Virus record (IMG/VR): IMGVR_UViG_3300025652_000005
Span: 1 to 53,289 of that record
Length of the DNA stretch: 53,289 nt
Strand: one strand, 5' to 3'
From: a virus
Lineage: Duplodnaviria; Caudoviricetes
Below are positions 18,011 through 28,256 of the stretch, piece by piece. The position numbers and the translations under genes were made by a program. The notes under the pieces were generated by a model. The model saw only the letters and a program-made list of their open reading frames with translations. It had not been told where the DNA came from and made no database searches. The number at the start of each line of letters is the position of its first letter. Position 1 is the first letter of the stretch.

Positions 18011-21000
18011 ATGGCTGAAGAATTTACAAACCCGTTCACCGACGACATTTTTGGTGAGAGCGCATCGGGTAGTACCAGTGACTACACGAACTTATCAGGG
18101 GCAGACCTTGTTAAAGACCGTGGGTTTCTGGACGATGTTCGGACTTACTACGAGACCAAGGGCCAGACGTTTTCAAGCACATCCGAAATGCTGGACGAAT
18201 GGTACACAGATCGGCGCTGGAAGGACAGCAACTTTGCATCAGCAGGTAAAGACCTAGCCGAATACGCAAACGCCGGAACAAATAAGCAGCTAATGACCAA
18301 GCTATCGAAGGCTTGGAGAAACGCCCCAGAGCGCGGTTCGTTTGCCAGCCAAGTTTGGGACTATGGCCTTGCTACCGTAGCCGATCCAATCAACTTCATT
18401 CCGTACGCGGGTGCCGCTTCCAAAGCCGCCAACGTAGCGAAGCTCGCGAGAGCCGCAGGCGCGACAAAGAACGCAGCCGTAAGTGCCGCCGTTAAGAGTG
18501 GCGCGAAGCGAGGCGCTGTCATCGAGGGCGGCGTAGGTGCTGGCATGGGCGCTGGTATGGACGCCATCCAGCAGACGCGCGAAATCCAACAGGGACTATC
18601 TACAGAATACGACTATGGCCGTACGGCGACATCTGCCGCAATCGAAGGCACCCTTTCAGCGGGTATCGGGTCCGTAATTGGCGCATTTGCTGCACGCAAC
18701 CCTGCGCGGGAAGGCTTGAAGTGGAGCAATTCAAACCTTGCGGGTGAGATTGCGGTCCAGAAAACCGACATCGAGCTTTCGGTAAAGGAAGCTGATGCAA
18801 TTCTAGCTGACCCTTTACGCGCACCAGACCACGCCGACGCGCAGGAGGCAAAGAAGAACGCCGAGCTTGAGGTCGCTAAGATAAACGCGCACGCTGCAAA
18901 GGTAGACAAGCTGGACGAAGAGGCCGAGGCTCTTGCTGCCCGCCTTGCCAGTGAGGGTGGAAACACGCCAGAAACAAAAGCAGCCTTCGATGAGAAGATT
19001 GCTGAGTTCAATGCGGCCACAAGCTCAAGCGACATTCCAGAAATTGAGCTTGCTGACCCAGCAGTTGCTGCCGCAACGCCGACAGCAGCGGAGGTAGTAA
19101 AAAAAGCCGAAGCAGAGGCCGAAGCAAAGACCACAGCCGCCAAACCAAAGCCAGAAACTACAGTGGAGGGTGATGAGGCTGAGGCTGAGGCTACATCCAC
19201 AACTGAGGAAACGCCTGCAACTGAGGCTGAGGCTGAGGCTGAGGTATCGCCAGCGGCTGAGGCAGCCACTGAAGCAGCTCCAACTACTGAGGCAGCTCCA
19301 ACTACTGAGGCATCGCCAACTACTGAGGCTGCACCAGAGGTACTGGAAGTACCTGCGGTCGAAGGCCGGAAGTTTAAGTTTGATAAGACTAAAGACGAAA
19401 GCCTACAAAAAGCTCTGGGCAAAAACTTGGCTACGCACAAGAATAAAGTTGAGAAAGCGAACGAGAAGAACGCGACTGCACTTGAGCCACTTACGCAAGA
19501 AGACCTTGAGAAGATTGTCGCTGGAACTCCGAAAGGTACGAAGGACGGATTTATTGCCCCTGCGGGCCGCAAGGCAATCCGCCGCTTTCTTGCCGCTCGT
19601 GAGGGGCGTGTTCCTAGCATCAAAGCTGCTAGTAAAAATGCGAATGCTGACGCTAAGGTTGATGACGCCAGCTTCGTAAACCCAGAGGTCGCTGAGGTAA
19701 AAACTGCGAAAGAAGACTTTGCTAAGTCCGAAGCAGCCGAGGCCGTAGCCGTAGAGGCTGAAGTCGAAGAGCTGGCAAACAAGGCCAACGAAGTATTCGC
19801 AAGAGTGATCAAGCTCTCTAAAAATTCTCTCAATGCTATACGCATCAACCAGTCGTTCGAGGGCATAGCGTCTGGGCTAGAAGAAAATGTTGCCGCAGCC
19901 GTACGACGCCGCATCGAAGATTACAAAACCAACGTGATCCCCGTAGTCGAGAAGTTGAAAAGAAATGAAAAAGTAGCAGCGCTTCGGGTCGCGGAGGCTG
20001 GGCAAGCCGAGCGTATGTACGGAGGCGACTTTAAATACACCAAAAGCCGCATTGCTGACAGCACCGCCAAGTCGATAAATGCACTAGAGACAGACCTCGA
20101 AGCGGGTGTCACTACATCCGTATCCACCAGCAAGAAGACTGGTGAGAAGGTAGTCACGAAGAAAGTAAACTCACTGCTCAAGCCTGGTACGGAAATCGGC
20201 CTTGAGGGTGGCGGCACCATTACTGAAGGCGCGGGCGCGTTTCGTCGTGAGAACGAGACCCTGTTGGCGGCCCAATCACAGGCTGAAATGGACGTTGCTC
20301 AAGGTAAGAACAAGGCCGTTTATAGCTTCCCAGCTCGCGCAGGTATGCCGCTTGTTGGCGTGCGGGGCGTTGGCCGTGGCAAACGTGGCGTCGCTACTGA
20401 AGGACAAGTTGTCTACGGTGCAATGACCCAGATCGGTAAAAACGACAGCAAGTTTAAGGTGTACGCAACCGAGAAAATGGCACTCGAAAGCCTTGGCTTG
20501 TCTAAGGGTCAGATCGGCATTGATACATCCAAAATCAAACCTATCGAGAGCACGGAGGAGCTTGAAGCTGCCAGAGAAAAGGCGTTCAAAAAGTTCTCCA
20601 AATCGAAGGGCGATGTTGATGCTCTTGAGGAAGACCTTGCAGTCGCTGACGCTCAAGGCCGCGAAGGTGGCTTGGATGTCGATCCTGCTCCCGAAGTAGT
20701 AGTTAAGGATGGCCGAGGTAATGTAGTTAAGACGGACATTCCAGAAGCACCTACGACACGCAACGGTAAGGTTTTGGTTCTACTGCCGCGCACTACAGAA
20801 GTAGCACCTCGGGTAGCAAGCAAATCCCAGATCGCGTCTGACGCGGGTGTTGCTGCCTTGCTGGGTGGTAAGCCTGCTTCGTTGTTCCGCATCGGTTACG
20901 TACCTGCTGAGATCAACGGCAAATCAGCGCAAAGCCAAGCAACCAAGCGCAACCTAATCCGAGACAACTTTGAGCCGCTTGATGAGGCTAACTCATTCGA

Positions 21001-24000
21001 GTTCACACCTAGTGCAGAGCCGGAAGCTGAAATGCCAGCGCGTCCTCTCACTCAAAAAGAAGCTGATAATACTGTCATCGACATCTCCGCTTTGGCTTCA
21101 ACACCAGAAGGTAAAACCGTCGCTCAGTTCCTGTTCCAAGGCGACAACATTGCAAACGCGAAGTCCCTTGATGGGTTGATCGCACCAACCTTCGATGAGT
21201 TCCTAAAATCCAAGCCTACTTTGAACCGCTTGCAAGAAAACTTAAACTTTCTTGAGAGAGACGACTTTAAGATTACTACTACTCTTGGGGATAAAGAAGT
21301 TGAAATCCCTCTGAGCTTCCGCATCAAAGCCCTAAACGCCCTTCACACAGTCATAAAGGCTGAGGCTCCGCACGGGGTCAAAAAGCCAACGGTAGACATC
21401 GAGGCGTCCATCTCTTCTCTGAAGAAGGTCATGTCTGGTGTGGGTGAAAAGGTCTCAAACCAGATCGAGTACCTTCTTCGCCAAGCAGTACCGATTGACA
21501 AGGCACCTATCTTTGGTTCGCCATCAGACGGCGGCAGTGCGGGTAGCGTTTTCGTCTACGGTGCTAAGTCCGAAGACTACAACAAGGTCATGCTGGACAT
21601 GTCCTCCTTTGACGCTGATGGACAGCGTACGGGGATCACTGGTTCGTACACTGTCATGCACGAATTGGGCCACTGGATGTACGAAAACGTCTTAGATGCA
21701 GAAACCAAGGGAGAGTTCTGGGGCAACCTGGATAAGTTCTACGACGAGAATGGCCGCTTCACTGAAGGCGCGAGCGAAGTAGAGGGTGGCTTGACTGCCC
21801 TAGAAAAGCTCACTCCATCTGTAGAAGTAGACGGCGTACGCGCGGGTGTTGCTAATGGCAAAACAAACCCACAAGAATACTTTGCAAACCAGTTCTCGCT
21901 CTACATGCACCACAAGTTCAATAGCCCACTAGCGACTGCTAATGCGAATGTTTTGAAGAAGGCAGCCAGAGTTCTACAGAAGCTATGGCTTAAAATGACC
22001 AATCGCGACATCATTGATCCAGAGATGGAAATGATGTTCGACAAGTTGATTGCTGACAAGGACGTTGCTCTGCAAAAGCAGTTCACATTCCCAGTGAAGG
22101 CAACCACATCGGTTGGCAAAACTCTTGAGAGCCGCTTCATCCAAATAAAGGATGCACTCCGAGACTTTGAAGCGGCCATCCAGAACTACCCAGACACCAG
22201 CGACCCAGAAAAGATGGCGACATCAGCGCGGGCGCTGTCAAATGTCTTCAACGGCATGTCTATGACTAAGAAGACCAAAGGTTACTTGGTGCGCAAGGCA
22301 GGCAACGTCGCCTCGGATCGCGCGGCGCTTGACCGATCCACAGGTGTTCTGAAGTTAATGAACGGCAAGCAGCTACGTGGTATGCGTGCAATCTCCAAGG
22401 CGATCAACGAGGCGACTATAAGAACCGACAGCCGCATCTCACAAGCTGGCGATGACATGGAAGTGTTCGGCGGAGCTTACCACTCTGAGATGGAAGCATC
22501 ACTTGTTGATCTGTACAACTCTTCAATGAAAGAGTTCACTGAGGAGCTAAAGACCTCCATGAACGACATGTTCATGGACATCGAGTACGGTGATATGGAA
22601 GCGTTCTTGCCTTCCGAAAACCTCTTGAGCCTCCGCGCCAGCTACAACATCAATGGACCGATCCTGGCGAAGAAAAAGAACTTCGAGCAGAAAATCAAGA
22701 GAGAGGTCAACCGTCAGCGCGGAACATTCTCAAGGTCTCTATCCAGAGCAATGAAAGCCACGGGCAAAGCAAACGCCAAAGCCTTCAAGGGAGACATCGT
22801 TGCGGGTACTAAAGGCAGTGAAGCTAATAGCTACAATCTGGAAGAAAGCGTACGTGAATACGGACGCCAGATCGGAGCAGATGGCGTGCCGACAGCGTTC
22901 GGAAAGAAGTTAGCGAACCGAGCTAAACATCTTATCAACACTCAAGTCGATGATGTGAACCTGACAGAAGAAGAGCAGGCTATCTACCACACATGGCAGT
23001 CCAAGACTGTTGGTAAGGGCGCTAAAGGTCTAGCCAACGGGGCCAAAATCGACGAGCTGACGATGGCCCTCTCGATAACTATTGATGGTGGAGAGATTAA
23101 GGGCATCGGTGGCACACCGGAGCAAATCCAAAACATCACACGCCACGTCATTAAAGAGCGTTATAAAGCTCGGAAATCCAAGGCTGCGCTCAAAGACAAG
23201 AACGTCACCGACGCCATCGAGATAGAACAGCTACAAGAAGCGGGCGTCGCCTTCGAGAACGGCATCCCGCAGAACGCAAACTTCACGATGCGTGGCTTCC
23301 TGAGAGGCATCACGCACCGCGCTCAGGATGTGGAGTACAACGCACGTACGCTGACAGCACGGCTTGCACGTCTTGATGCGATCTTGCCACAAAGCGTAGA
23401 CGACTTGACCTACAAGGGGTTCCGCAAAGCGATCCGTCTTGCTGGGGTCAACTTAACTCGTGACGGTGACATAACGCAGTCCGTAAGGTTGGTGTCCGAG
23501 AGCTTGTATGGCTCTAACGTAGTCTCTCAATCATCACGCAACGCTATCTCAAAGTACGCAAGCATCCTTGACCGCGAGCCAGCAGATGTGTTCTCTGAGA
23601 TTGTGACCGAGAGCGTGGATACGCTGTCTTCGAAGGATCAGATCAAGGCGATGCGTCGAAGCATGGTCGGAGAAGACCTCGATGGTGTTGATGAATTATT
23701 GGGTGAGATCGAAGATAATTTGGTTGATGCTCTCTCGTACGTGTTCAACGGCTTGGTATCATCAGCTCCTGCGCGTAACCGTTTCTACGGCATCGCCTTC
23801 CCAGAAGACTTGTTCTCTACAGGTGGTACGCAAAAAGCCAGCACGCGCTCACGTTACCAGAGTGACGTACCTACGGAGTACGCAAGCGACTATGCGTACG
23901 AGTTACTAGACAACTACAGCAAGGCCGCCCGCAGCTCCATCGAGGAGTTCACGGGTGGAAATGTTCGCGTGTTCTATAGAAACAACGACACGAACGGATC

Positions 24001-27000
24001 AGTGGGTCGGGGCGCTTACGTTACATCTCGTCCAACAAACACGCTTGAAAACATGGCGGGTGATATAATCTCATCCGCTCCAGAGGCGAACCAAGATGAT
24101 GTCGCTGATTACGTCGATGCTCTAATCGAACTTCGCGGGCAAGTTAATGCTGCTCGCCGCGACCCGATGTCCTCATCAGAATACTTTGAGCGCATGTACG
24201 CACTAGACGATGCCTTGTCCCAGGAGATTGGTGAACTGGGCGCTCGTATGGATACGAACGTGACGCCTGTATTCGTACGCGACACGACGCCAGCAATATT
24301 CAGCGGAAACATGAACTCCCTTTCTCCTATCGTGCAGGCCATGAAGGGACACTACGTTGAAAGAGTTGCTTCGGGTATGAGTGGCCGTGATCAAGCCAAT
24401 CAGATCAAAGCGATTAGAGGAAACTTCACGCCAGCACAAATGCTGGACACGCTGACCGACATTGCTGGTGGCGAACGTCAGTTGCGTGAAGCCATGACTG
24501 AAATGGGATACACCTCCTTGAACATAGGACCAGACAAACTGGTTCTGAAAAAGAGCAGCGTACGCGATGTTCGCTCGCAGTCCTTTGAGAGCTCAACACC
24601 TCTTCTGGGTGAGGGTGGCGTCGAGCCAGCACTGAATGGCGCGATAGCATCTCAAATCTTCGCAGGCTCTGACCCAATCAAGGTTTTCTCACAGGGCGCT
24701 AAAGCTCTTGAGGATGCTGGTGTAGCGCCGAAGGCCGTTGACGGCATGGTCTCAGTCGCTCGCGGCAGAGGAATGCCAAAAGACGCAGCAGCGGAAATAC
24801 GCAAGTCCAACATCTACAACCCGCTTCGTACGAACTCACGCATAATGAAGCGGTCTGGCATGTCTTTCCTTGCTAACTTCTGGGAGCCCGAAGCGGGCGG
24901 CGGGGGCCACTTCGAACGTACGAATGCTAAGATGGGCAAGTTCCTGATGCCTATGACACGTATGCTAAAAGAACTTCCTGATAGCGCGGGCATAGCGAAG
25001 CGTTACTTCCAAACAGGCCCAGTGATGATGGCGGAGAGTGCTATGGGCGCTATGGGTATGGCCCCGAAGCGACGCAACACGCAGCCGATCAGCCACATGC
25101 GTATCGTTACAGCTTTGAGAAACAGCGATACAGCATCACAACTTGTGGGCAAAGAGATGGAAACTTATCAGCATATCCGTTCTTATTTGGATAATGCCGT
25201 TGCTCGTTTGAGAGCGTCTGGCAACATGGTTGGTGAGATCAAAGACAACTACTTCCCACAAGTGTGGCGCAAGGATTTGATCGAGGCTGACCCTGACAGG
25301 TTCAAGCGAGGCGTATCTAAATACTTCATGGCTGAGAATGCGTCGATGCAAGGCTCAGAAGTCTTAACGCAAGCGGAGGCAATGAAGCGTGCTGGTCGCT
25401 TGGTAGAGAAACTACTTGATCAAGACGGCGTGCTTTCTAGCCCGTCAAAAAGTCTAAAAAGCACATCCGGCAAAGGCAACGAAGATAGCCTAGACTTCCA
25501 GCGGATGATGCGACTTCAAGAGTTCCCTGAGTTCACCGACTTTGACAGCCCAGATACACTTGCGCCGTTCTTGGAGAACGACTTGCTTGTGTCCATGACA
25601 AAGTATTCCGACAGTATCGAGCACCGTATTGATCTGACAGAAGAGTTCGGGCCTGCCAACCACGGCTTCCACGACTACATTGCGATCTTGGCTGACCCGA
25701 TGCACGGCAAGCAGACTATTGCGACACTGCTTTCATCAAACAAAATCCTCAAGGCGAACCACTCACGCATGGGTGGCTCTGGGGAGGGCGAGCTGGACAG
25801 GGTGTTCACGGACACTTTCTTCATGGCCCCGATCAAAGACAAGTACGTTGCCGAACAAGCTGCTAAAAGCCTTATCGAGAAGGCTTCTAACGGTGCATCA
25901 GTCGCTGAAATGCAGGCTGAGATCATGGGCATCCTTGACGCGAAGATCAGCAACACACCCGAAGCGGCTCAAATTCGTAACAACTTCTCGAAGCGTGCGG
26001 CTGCAATAGCAAACGCATTGGTTGATACGAAAGGTCTTACAAAGATAACTTCCCAGGATAACGTCAAGCACGCCCAGGGCTTTATGAACGCAGCCATGCG
26101 TAAGCCAGTAGACGGCCAACATGGTCTGTACTCCATGAAGAATGCGTCCAAATGGTTGCGCGGTGTGAACGCCGTAACGCTACTCAGCTTTACAACCCTG
26201 ACATCCTTGGCTGACTTGGCGCTGCCGCTCATTCGTACTGGCGATCTCAAGTCTTACTATACAGCTCTCAAGCAATACGCACGCGAACCTGCGTATCGTG
26301 ACATGATACGCAACGTGGGTGCAGCTACGGAGAATGCGGTTCATCAGCGTCTAACAGTTGCGCATGGTGTAGATAGCACTCAGTTTATGACTGGGTTCTT
26401 TAACTCCACACTTCTTACGCCTTGGACAGATAGTATGCGTAACGTGGCAGCCGCCGTAAGTTACGAGCACGTAAAGGCGCAGCACCGCATCCTTCGTGAA
26501 GCGCCTTCGACCCGACAGGGCCGCATCGCTCGAAAGATTTTGCAGCAGGAGGGCTTGCAGGAGCTTATCGAGGACAGCAGCATTGACCTTGATCTCATTC
26601 TGGAAAGCCGTGGGTCTGCAAACGAGCACCCTCTCAACGACAAACTGGCTACGTCTCTCATCAAGCTGACAAACCAGATGATCTTCACTCCGAACCCGAA
26701 TGACCTACCATTGTGGGGTGCAACGCCACTCGGCGCTATTGCAATGCAGTTGAAATCGTATCCTCTAATGATGCAGCGCATGGTAAATGGTGTGGTGGCC
26801 GAAGCGTTCGCTGGGAGTACGCCAGCGAATAGAGCATCTAACTTCGCCAAGGCTTTCGTTGGTCAGTCTGACAACAGACTTGGGCCACTCGGTGCTCTTC
26901 TTGTTGCGGGTCCAGCGTTCGGTGCCGCATCAGTTGCAGTAAAAGATGTTGTTCAAGGGCGTGGCGGGGAGGACAACCGTGATTTTGCCTTGCGTGAACG

Positions 27001-27445
27001 CAGCCTATCCAAAACTGTGACCACAGCTTTCGAGGATAATCCAGAGCTAGACCGCAATCTTGGCCTATACTTCGACGGCATGGTTGCGCTCGGCGGGATG
27101 GGCTTCGTAGGTGAGCTGATGTACGACGTTGCCTCGAACGCGGATAATGGTGCGTACGGTACGCAGCGTACGATGGAGGGCATCTTCGGCCCTACACTTG
27201 GCCTGTTCAACGACGCATCATCTGTCTTGCAGGGCGCACGTTCCGTCTATGATGGAGACGAGGCTAACGGTGAGAAGAGGTCAGCTATCCGCGAGATAGT
27301 CGGAAGAGTTCCGGTCCTCGGCGGCGTAAGTTGGGCAAAGGAAGGCATAATCGACGTTTTGGGTGGCGAACGTGGCCAAGCTGGGCGACCATCCTCCGGC
27401 GGTTACGGCAGCGGATATGGCAGCGGTTACGGCAGCGGTTACTAA
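18011..27445 (+). CDS. Giant internal virion/polyvalent protein (about 3144 aa) with zincin and ART-like domains
   Basis: GGAG SD before ATG 18011 (alternative start 17999); HELGH...PQEYFA zincin motif; G.VGRGAYVT...VTPVFV...GY ART-like pattern; helical C-terminal region; GSGY tail. Confidence 0.8.
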   Translation: MAEEFTNPFTDDIFGESASGSTSDYTNLSGADLVKDRGFLDDVRTYYETKGQTFSSTSEMLDEWYTDRRWKDSNFASAGKDLAEYANAGTNKQLMTKLSKAWRNAPERGSFASQVWDYGLATVADPINFIPYAGAASKAANVAKLARAAGATKNAAVSAAVKSGAKRGAVIEGGVGAGMGAGMDAIQQTREIQQGLSTEYDYGRTATSAAIEGTLSAGIGSVIGAFAARNPAREGLKWSNSNLAGEIAVQKTDIELSVKEADAILADPLRAPDHADAQEAKKNAELEVAKINAHAAKVDKLDEEAEALAARLASEGGNTPETKAAFDEKIAEFNAATSSSDIPEIELADPAVAAATPTAAEVVKKAEAEAEAKTTAAKPKPETTVEGDEAEAEATSTTEETPATEAEAEAEVSPAAEAATEAAPTTEAAPTTEASPTTEAAPEVLEVPAVEGRKFKFDKTKDESLQKALGKNLATHKNKVEKANEKNATALEPLTQEDLEKIVAGTPKGTKDGFIAPAGRKAIRRFLAAREGRVPSIKAASKNANADAKVDDASFVNPEVAEVKTAKEDFAKSEAAEAVAVEAEVEELANKANEVFARVIKLSKNSLNAIRINQSFEGIASGLEENVAAAVRRRIEDYKTNVIPVVEKLKRNEKVAALRVAEAGQAERMYGGDFKYTKSRIADSTAKSINALETDLEAGVTTSVSTSKKTGEKVVTKKVNSLLKPGTEIGLEGGGTITEGAGAFRRENETLLAAQSQAEMDVAQGKNKAVYSFPARAGMPLVGVRGVGRGKRGVATEGQVVYGAMTQIGKNDSKFKVYATEKMALESLGLSKGQIGIDTSKIKPIESTEELEAAREKAFKKFSKSKGDVDALEEDLAVADAQGREGGLDVDPAPEVVVKDGRGNVVKTDIPEAPTTRNGKVLVLLPRTTEVAPRVASKSQIASDAGVAALLGGKPASLFRIGYVPAEINGKSAQSQATKRNLIRDNFEPLDEANSFEFTPSAEPEAEMPARPLTQKEADNTVIDISALASTPEGKTVAQFLFQGDNIANAKSLDGLIAPTFDEFLKSKPTLNRLQENLNFLERDDFKITTTLGDKEVEIPLSFRIKALNALHTVIKAEAPHGVKKPTVDIEASISSLKKVMSGVGEKVSNQIEYLLRQAVPIDKAPIFGSPSDGGSAGSVFVYGAKSEDYNKVMLDMSSFDADGQRTGITGSYTVMHELGHWMYENVLDAETKGEFWGNLDKFYDENGRFTEGASEVEGGLTALEKLTPSVEVDGVRAGVANGKTNPQEYFANQFSLYMHHKFNSPLATANANVLKKAARVLQKLWLKMTNRDIIDPEMEMMFDKLIADKDVALQKQFTFPVKATTSVGKTLESRFIQIKDALRDFEAAIQNYPDTSDPEKMATSARALSNVFNGMSMTKKTKGYLVRKAGNVASDRAALDRSTGVLKLMNGKQLRGMRAISKAINEATIRTDSRISQAGDDMEVFGGAYHSEMEASLVDLYNSSMKEFTEELKTSMNDMFMDIEYGDMEAFLPSENLLSLRASYNINGPILAKKKNFEQKIKREVNRQRGTFSRSLSRAMKATGKANAKAFKGDIVAGTKGSEANSYNLEESVREYGRQIGADGVPTAFGKKLANRAKHLINTQVDDVNLTEEEQAIYHTWQSKTVGKGAKGLANGAKIDELTMALSITIDGGEIKGIGGTPEQIQNITRHVIKERYKARKSKAALKDKNVTDAIEIEQLQEAGVAFENGIPQNANFTMRGFLRGITHRAQDVEYNARTLTARLARLDAILPQSVDDLTYKGFRKAIRLAGVNLTRDGDITQSVRLVSESLYGSNVVSQSSRNAISKYASILDREPADVFSEIVTESVDTLSSKDQIKAMRRSMVGEDLDGVDELLGEIEDNLVDALSYVFNGLVSSAPARNRFYGIAFPEDLFSTGGTQKASTRSRYQSDVPTEYASDYAYELLDNYSKAARSSIEEFTGGNVRVFYRNNDTNGSVGRGAYVTSRPTNTLENMAGDIISSAPEANQDDVADYVDALIELRGQVNAARRDPMSSSEYFERMYALDDALSQEIGELGARMDTNVTPVFVRDTTPAIFSGNMNSLSPIVQAMKGHYVERVASGMSGRDQANQIKAIRGNFTPAQMLDTLTDIAGGERQLREAMTEMGYTSLNIGPDKLVLKKSSVRDVRSQSFESSTPLLGEGGVEPALNGAIASQIFAGSDPIKVFSQGAKALEDAGVAPKAVDGMVSVARGRGMPKDAAAEIRKSNIYNPLRTNSRIMKRSGMSFLANFWEPEAGGGGHFERTNAKMGKFLMPMTRMLKELPDSAGIAKRYFQTGPVMMAESAMGAMGMAPKRRNTQPISHMRIVTALRNSDTASQLVGKEMETYQHIRSYLDNAVARLRASGNMVGEIKDNYFPQVWRKDLIEADPDRFKRGVSKYFMAENASMQGSEVLTQAEAMKRAGRLVEKLLDQDGVLSSPSKSLKSTSGKGNEDSLDFQRMMRLQEFPEFTDFDSPDTLAPFLENDLLVSMTKYSDSIEHRIDLTEEFGPANHGFHDYIAILADPMHGKQTIATLLSSNKILKANHSRMGGSGEGELDRVFTDTFFMAPIKDKYVAEQAAKSLIEKASNGASVAEMQAEIMGILDAKISNTPEAAQIRNNFSKRAAAIANALVDTKGLTKITSQDNVKHAQGFMNAAMRKPVDGQHGLYSMKNASKWLRGVNAVTLLSFTTLTSLADLALPLIRTGDLKSYYTALKQYAREPAYRDMIRNVGAATENAVHQRLTVAHGVDSTQFMTGFFNSTLLTPWTDSMRNVAAAVSYEHVKAQHRILREAPSTRQGRIARKILQQEGLQELIEDSSIDLDLILESRGSANEHPLNDKLATSLIKLTNQMIFTPNPNDLPLWGATPLGAIAMQLKSYPLMMQRMVNGVVAEAFAGSTPANRASNFAKAFVGQSDNRLGPLGALLVAGPAFGAASVAVKDVVQGRGGEDNRDFALRERSLSKTVTTAFEDNPELDRNLGLYFDGMVALGGMGFVGELMYDVASNADNGAYGTQRTMEGIFGPTLGLFNDASSVLQGARSVYDGDEANGEKRSAIREIVGRVPVLGGVSWAKEGIIDVLGGERGQAGRPSSGGYGSGYGSGYGSGY
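19274..19327 (+). repeat. 18-bp tandem repeat x3 (AAPTTE) in a linker of the giant protein
   Basis: gcagctccaactactgag x2 plus a variant copy; GAGGCT repeats at 19175-19243. Confidence 0.85.
27398..27442 (+). repeat. 12-bp tandem repeats encoding a GSGY C-terminal tail
   Basis: ggcagcgg(t/a)ta(c/t) x3 before the stop. Confidence 0.85.
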
Positions 27446-27741
27446 ATATCTTGAGTGAGGTGGTCGTATTTACCCGCGATTATCTCACTCACCCTACCAC
27501 CGTCGATGCCGTACATCGCACCCAACTGATCACACGAAAGGTCTGGATAGTCCTTTAATCTACCCTTCACGCCGATTACCGTTTCGGGTGTCACGGGGTT
27601 GCGATAGTTGTACGCACGGCGAGGTTTCGTGTGCTCTCGCGTCATCAAGCGAAGCGCCTGACGTATCGCTTCTTGCTGGTCGTAGTTGCGATCAAGCAGG
27701 TCTTCTAAAATTTTACGAGCTTCTGGTACATTACTTGCCAT
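27442..27741 (-). CDS. HTH DNA-binding protein
   Basis: LSCDQLGAMYGIDGGRVSEIIAG HTH pattern. Confidence 0.65.
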   Translation of the reverse strand: MASNVPEARKILEDLLDRNYDQQEAIRQALRLMTREHTKPRRAYNYRNPVTPETVIGVKGRLKDYPDLSCDQLGAMYGIDGGRVSEIIAGKYDHLTQDI

Positions 27742-28033
27742 TTTGGTTCACCTCTACTGCTTCCCATCCCGCACCCACGTAACCCGCGATGTCGCACCAT
27801 GTGTCGAACTTGGTGGGTGATGTCGTCATTCGGCTTAACTTTACTGCGATCATTGTCATCGCCACGTCAGAGCAGCTAATAGCTACATCTTCTTTTAGGA
27901 CAGGCCTCAGAAGTATGGTCATCATATCCGCGATATCTTGGAAGTTCTCGGCGGGTTCGCCGTAATCTTGATTTCGATCAGCGTTGATGATCCGAAGAGC
28001 TTCGGTCAGCGGTAGGTCTCTTGCTTTAGACAT
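27731..28033 (-). CDS. DUF6378-like phage protein
   Basis: DRNQDYGEP.ENFQ.IA...KLSR...DIAGY motif. Confidence 0.8.
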   Translation of the reverse strand: MSKARDLPLTEALRIINADRNQDYGEPAENFQDIADMMTILLRPVLKEDVAISCSDVAMTMIAVKLSRMTTSPTKFDTWCDIAGYVGAGWEAVEVNQNGK

Positions 28034-28256
28034 GAGTGGTTTTCCCCATGCGTACGGCGTCGATCTCTAGCTGCGTAGCCAAGCACTTCAGTTCTACGAG
28101 CCGCTCCTTCTCGTGGCGCAGCTTCGTACGCGCGCGGTGCACATCGTCTGGGTCAACCGGATCAAGCGCCTCGATGCGGTCAAAGATGCTTTCGATCTCT
28201 GCTTCCTTGCGGATGATACCCTGACGCGCGATGCTCAGTTCGTTTAGTGTATCCAT
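28026..28256 (-). CDS. Hypothetical coiled-coil protein (76 aa)
   Basis: Start MDTLNELS is coupled to the upstream stop. Confidence 0.6.
   Translation of the reverse strand: MDTLNELSIARQGIIRKEAEIESIFDRIEALDPVDPDDVHRARTKLRHEKERLVELKCLATQLEIDAVRMGKTTHV

Noticed and set aside
18613-19914. 433-aa minus-strand ORF and other antisense ORFs in the late arm
   Set aside because: Shadow frames of Ala/Glu-rich sense genes; low complexity, no SD and no recognisable motifs.
17999-27445. Virion RNA polymerase (N4-like) in the giant ORF
   Set aside because: No recognisable single-subunit or DxDGD RNA polymerase motifs by eye, and the gene context is not N4-like; an HMM search would be needed to exclude it fully.
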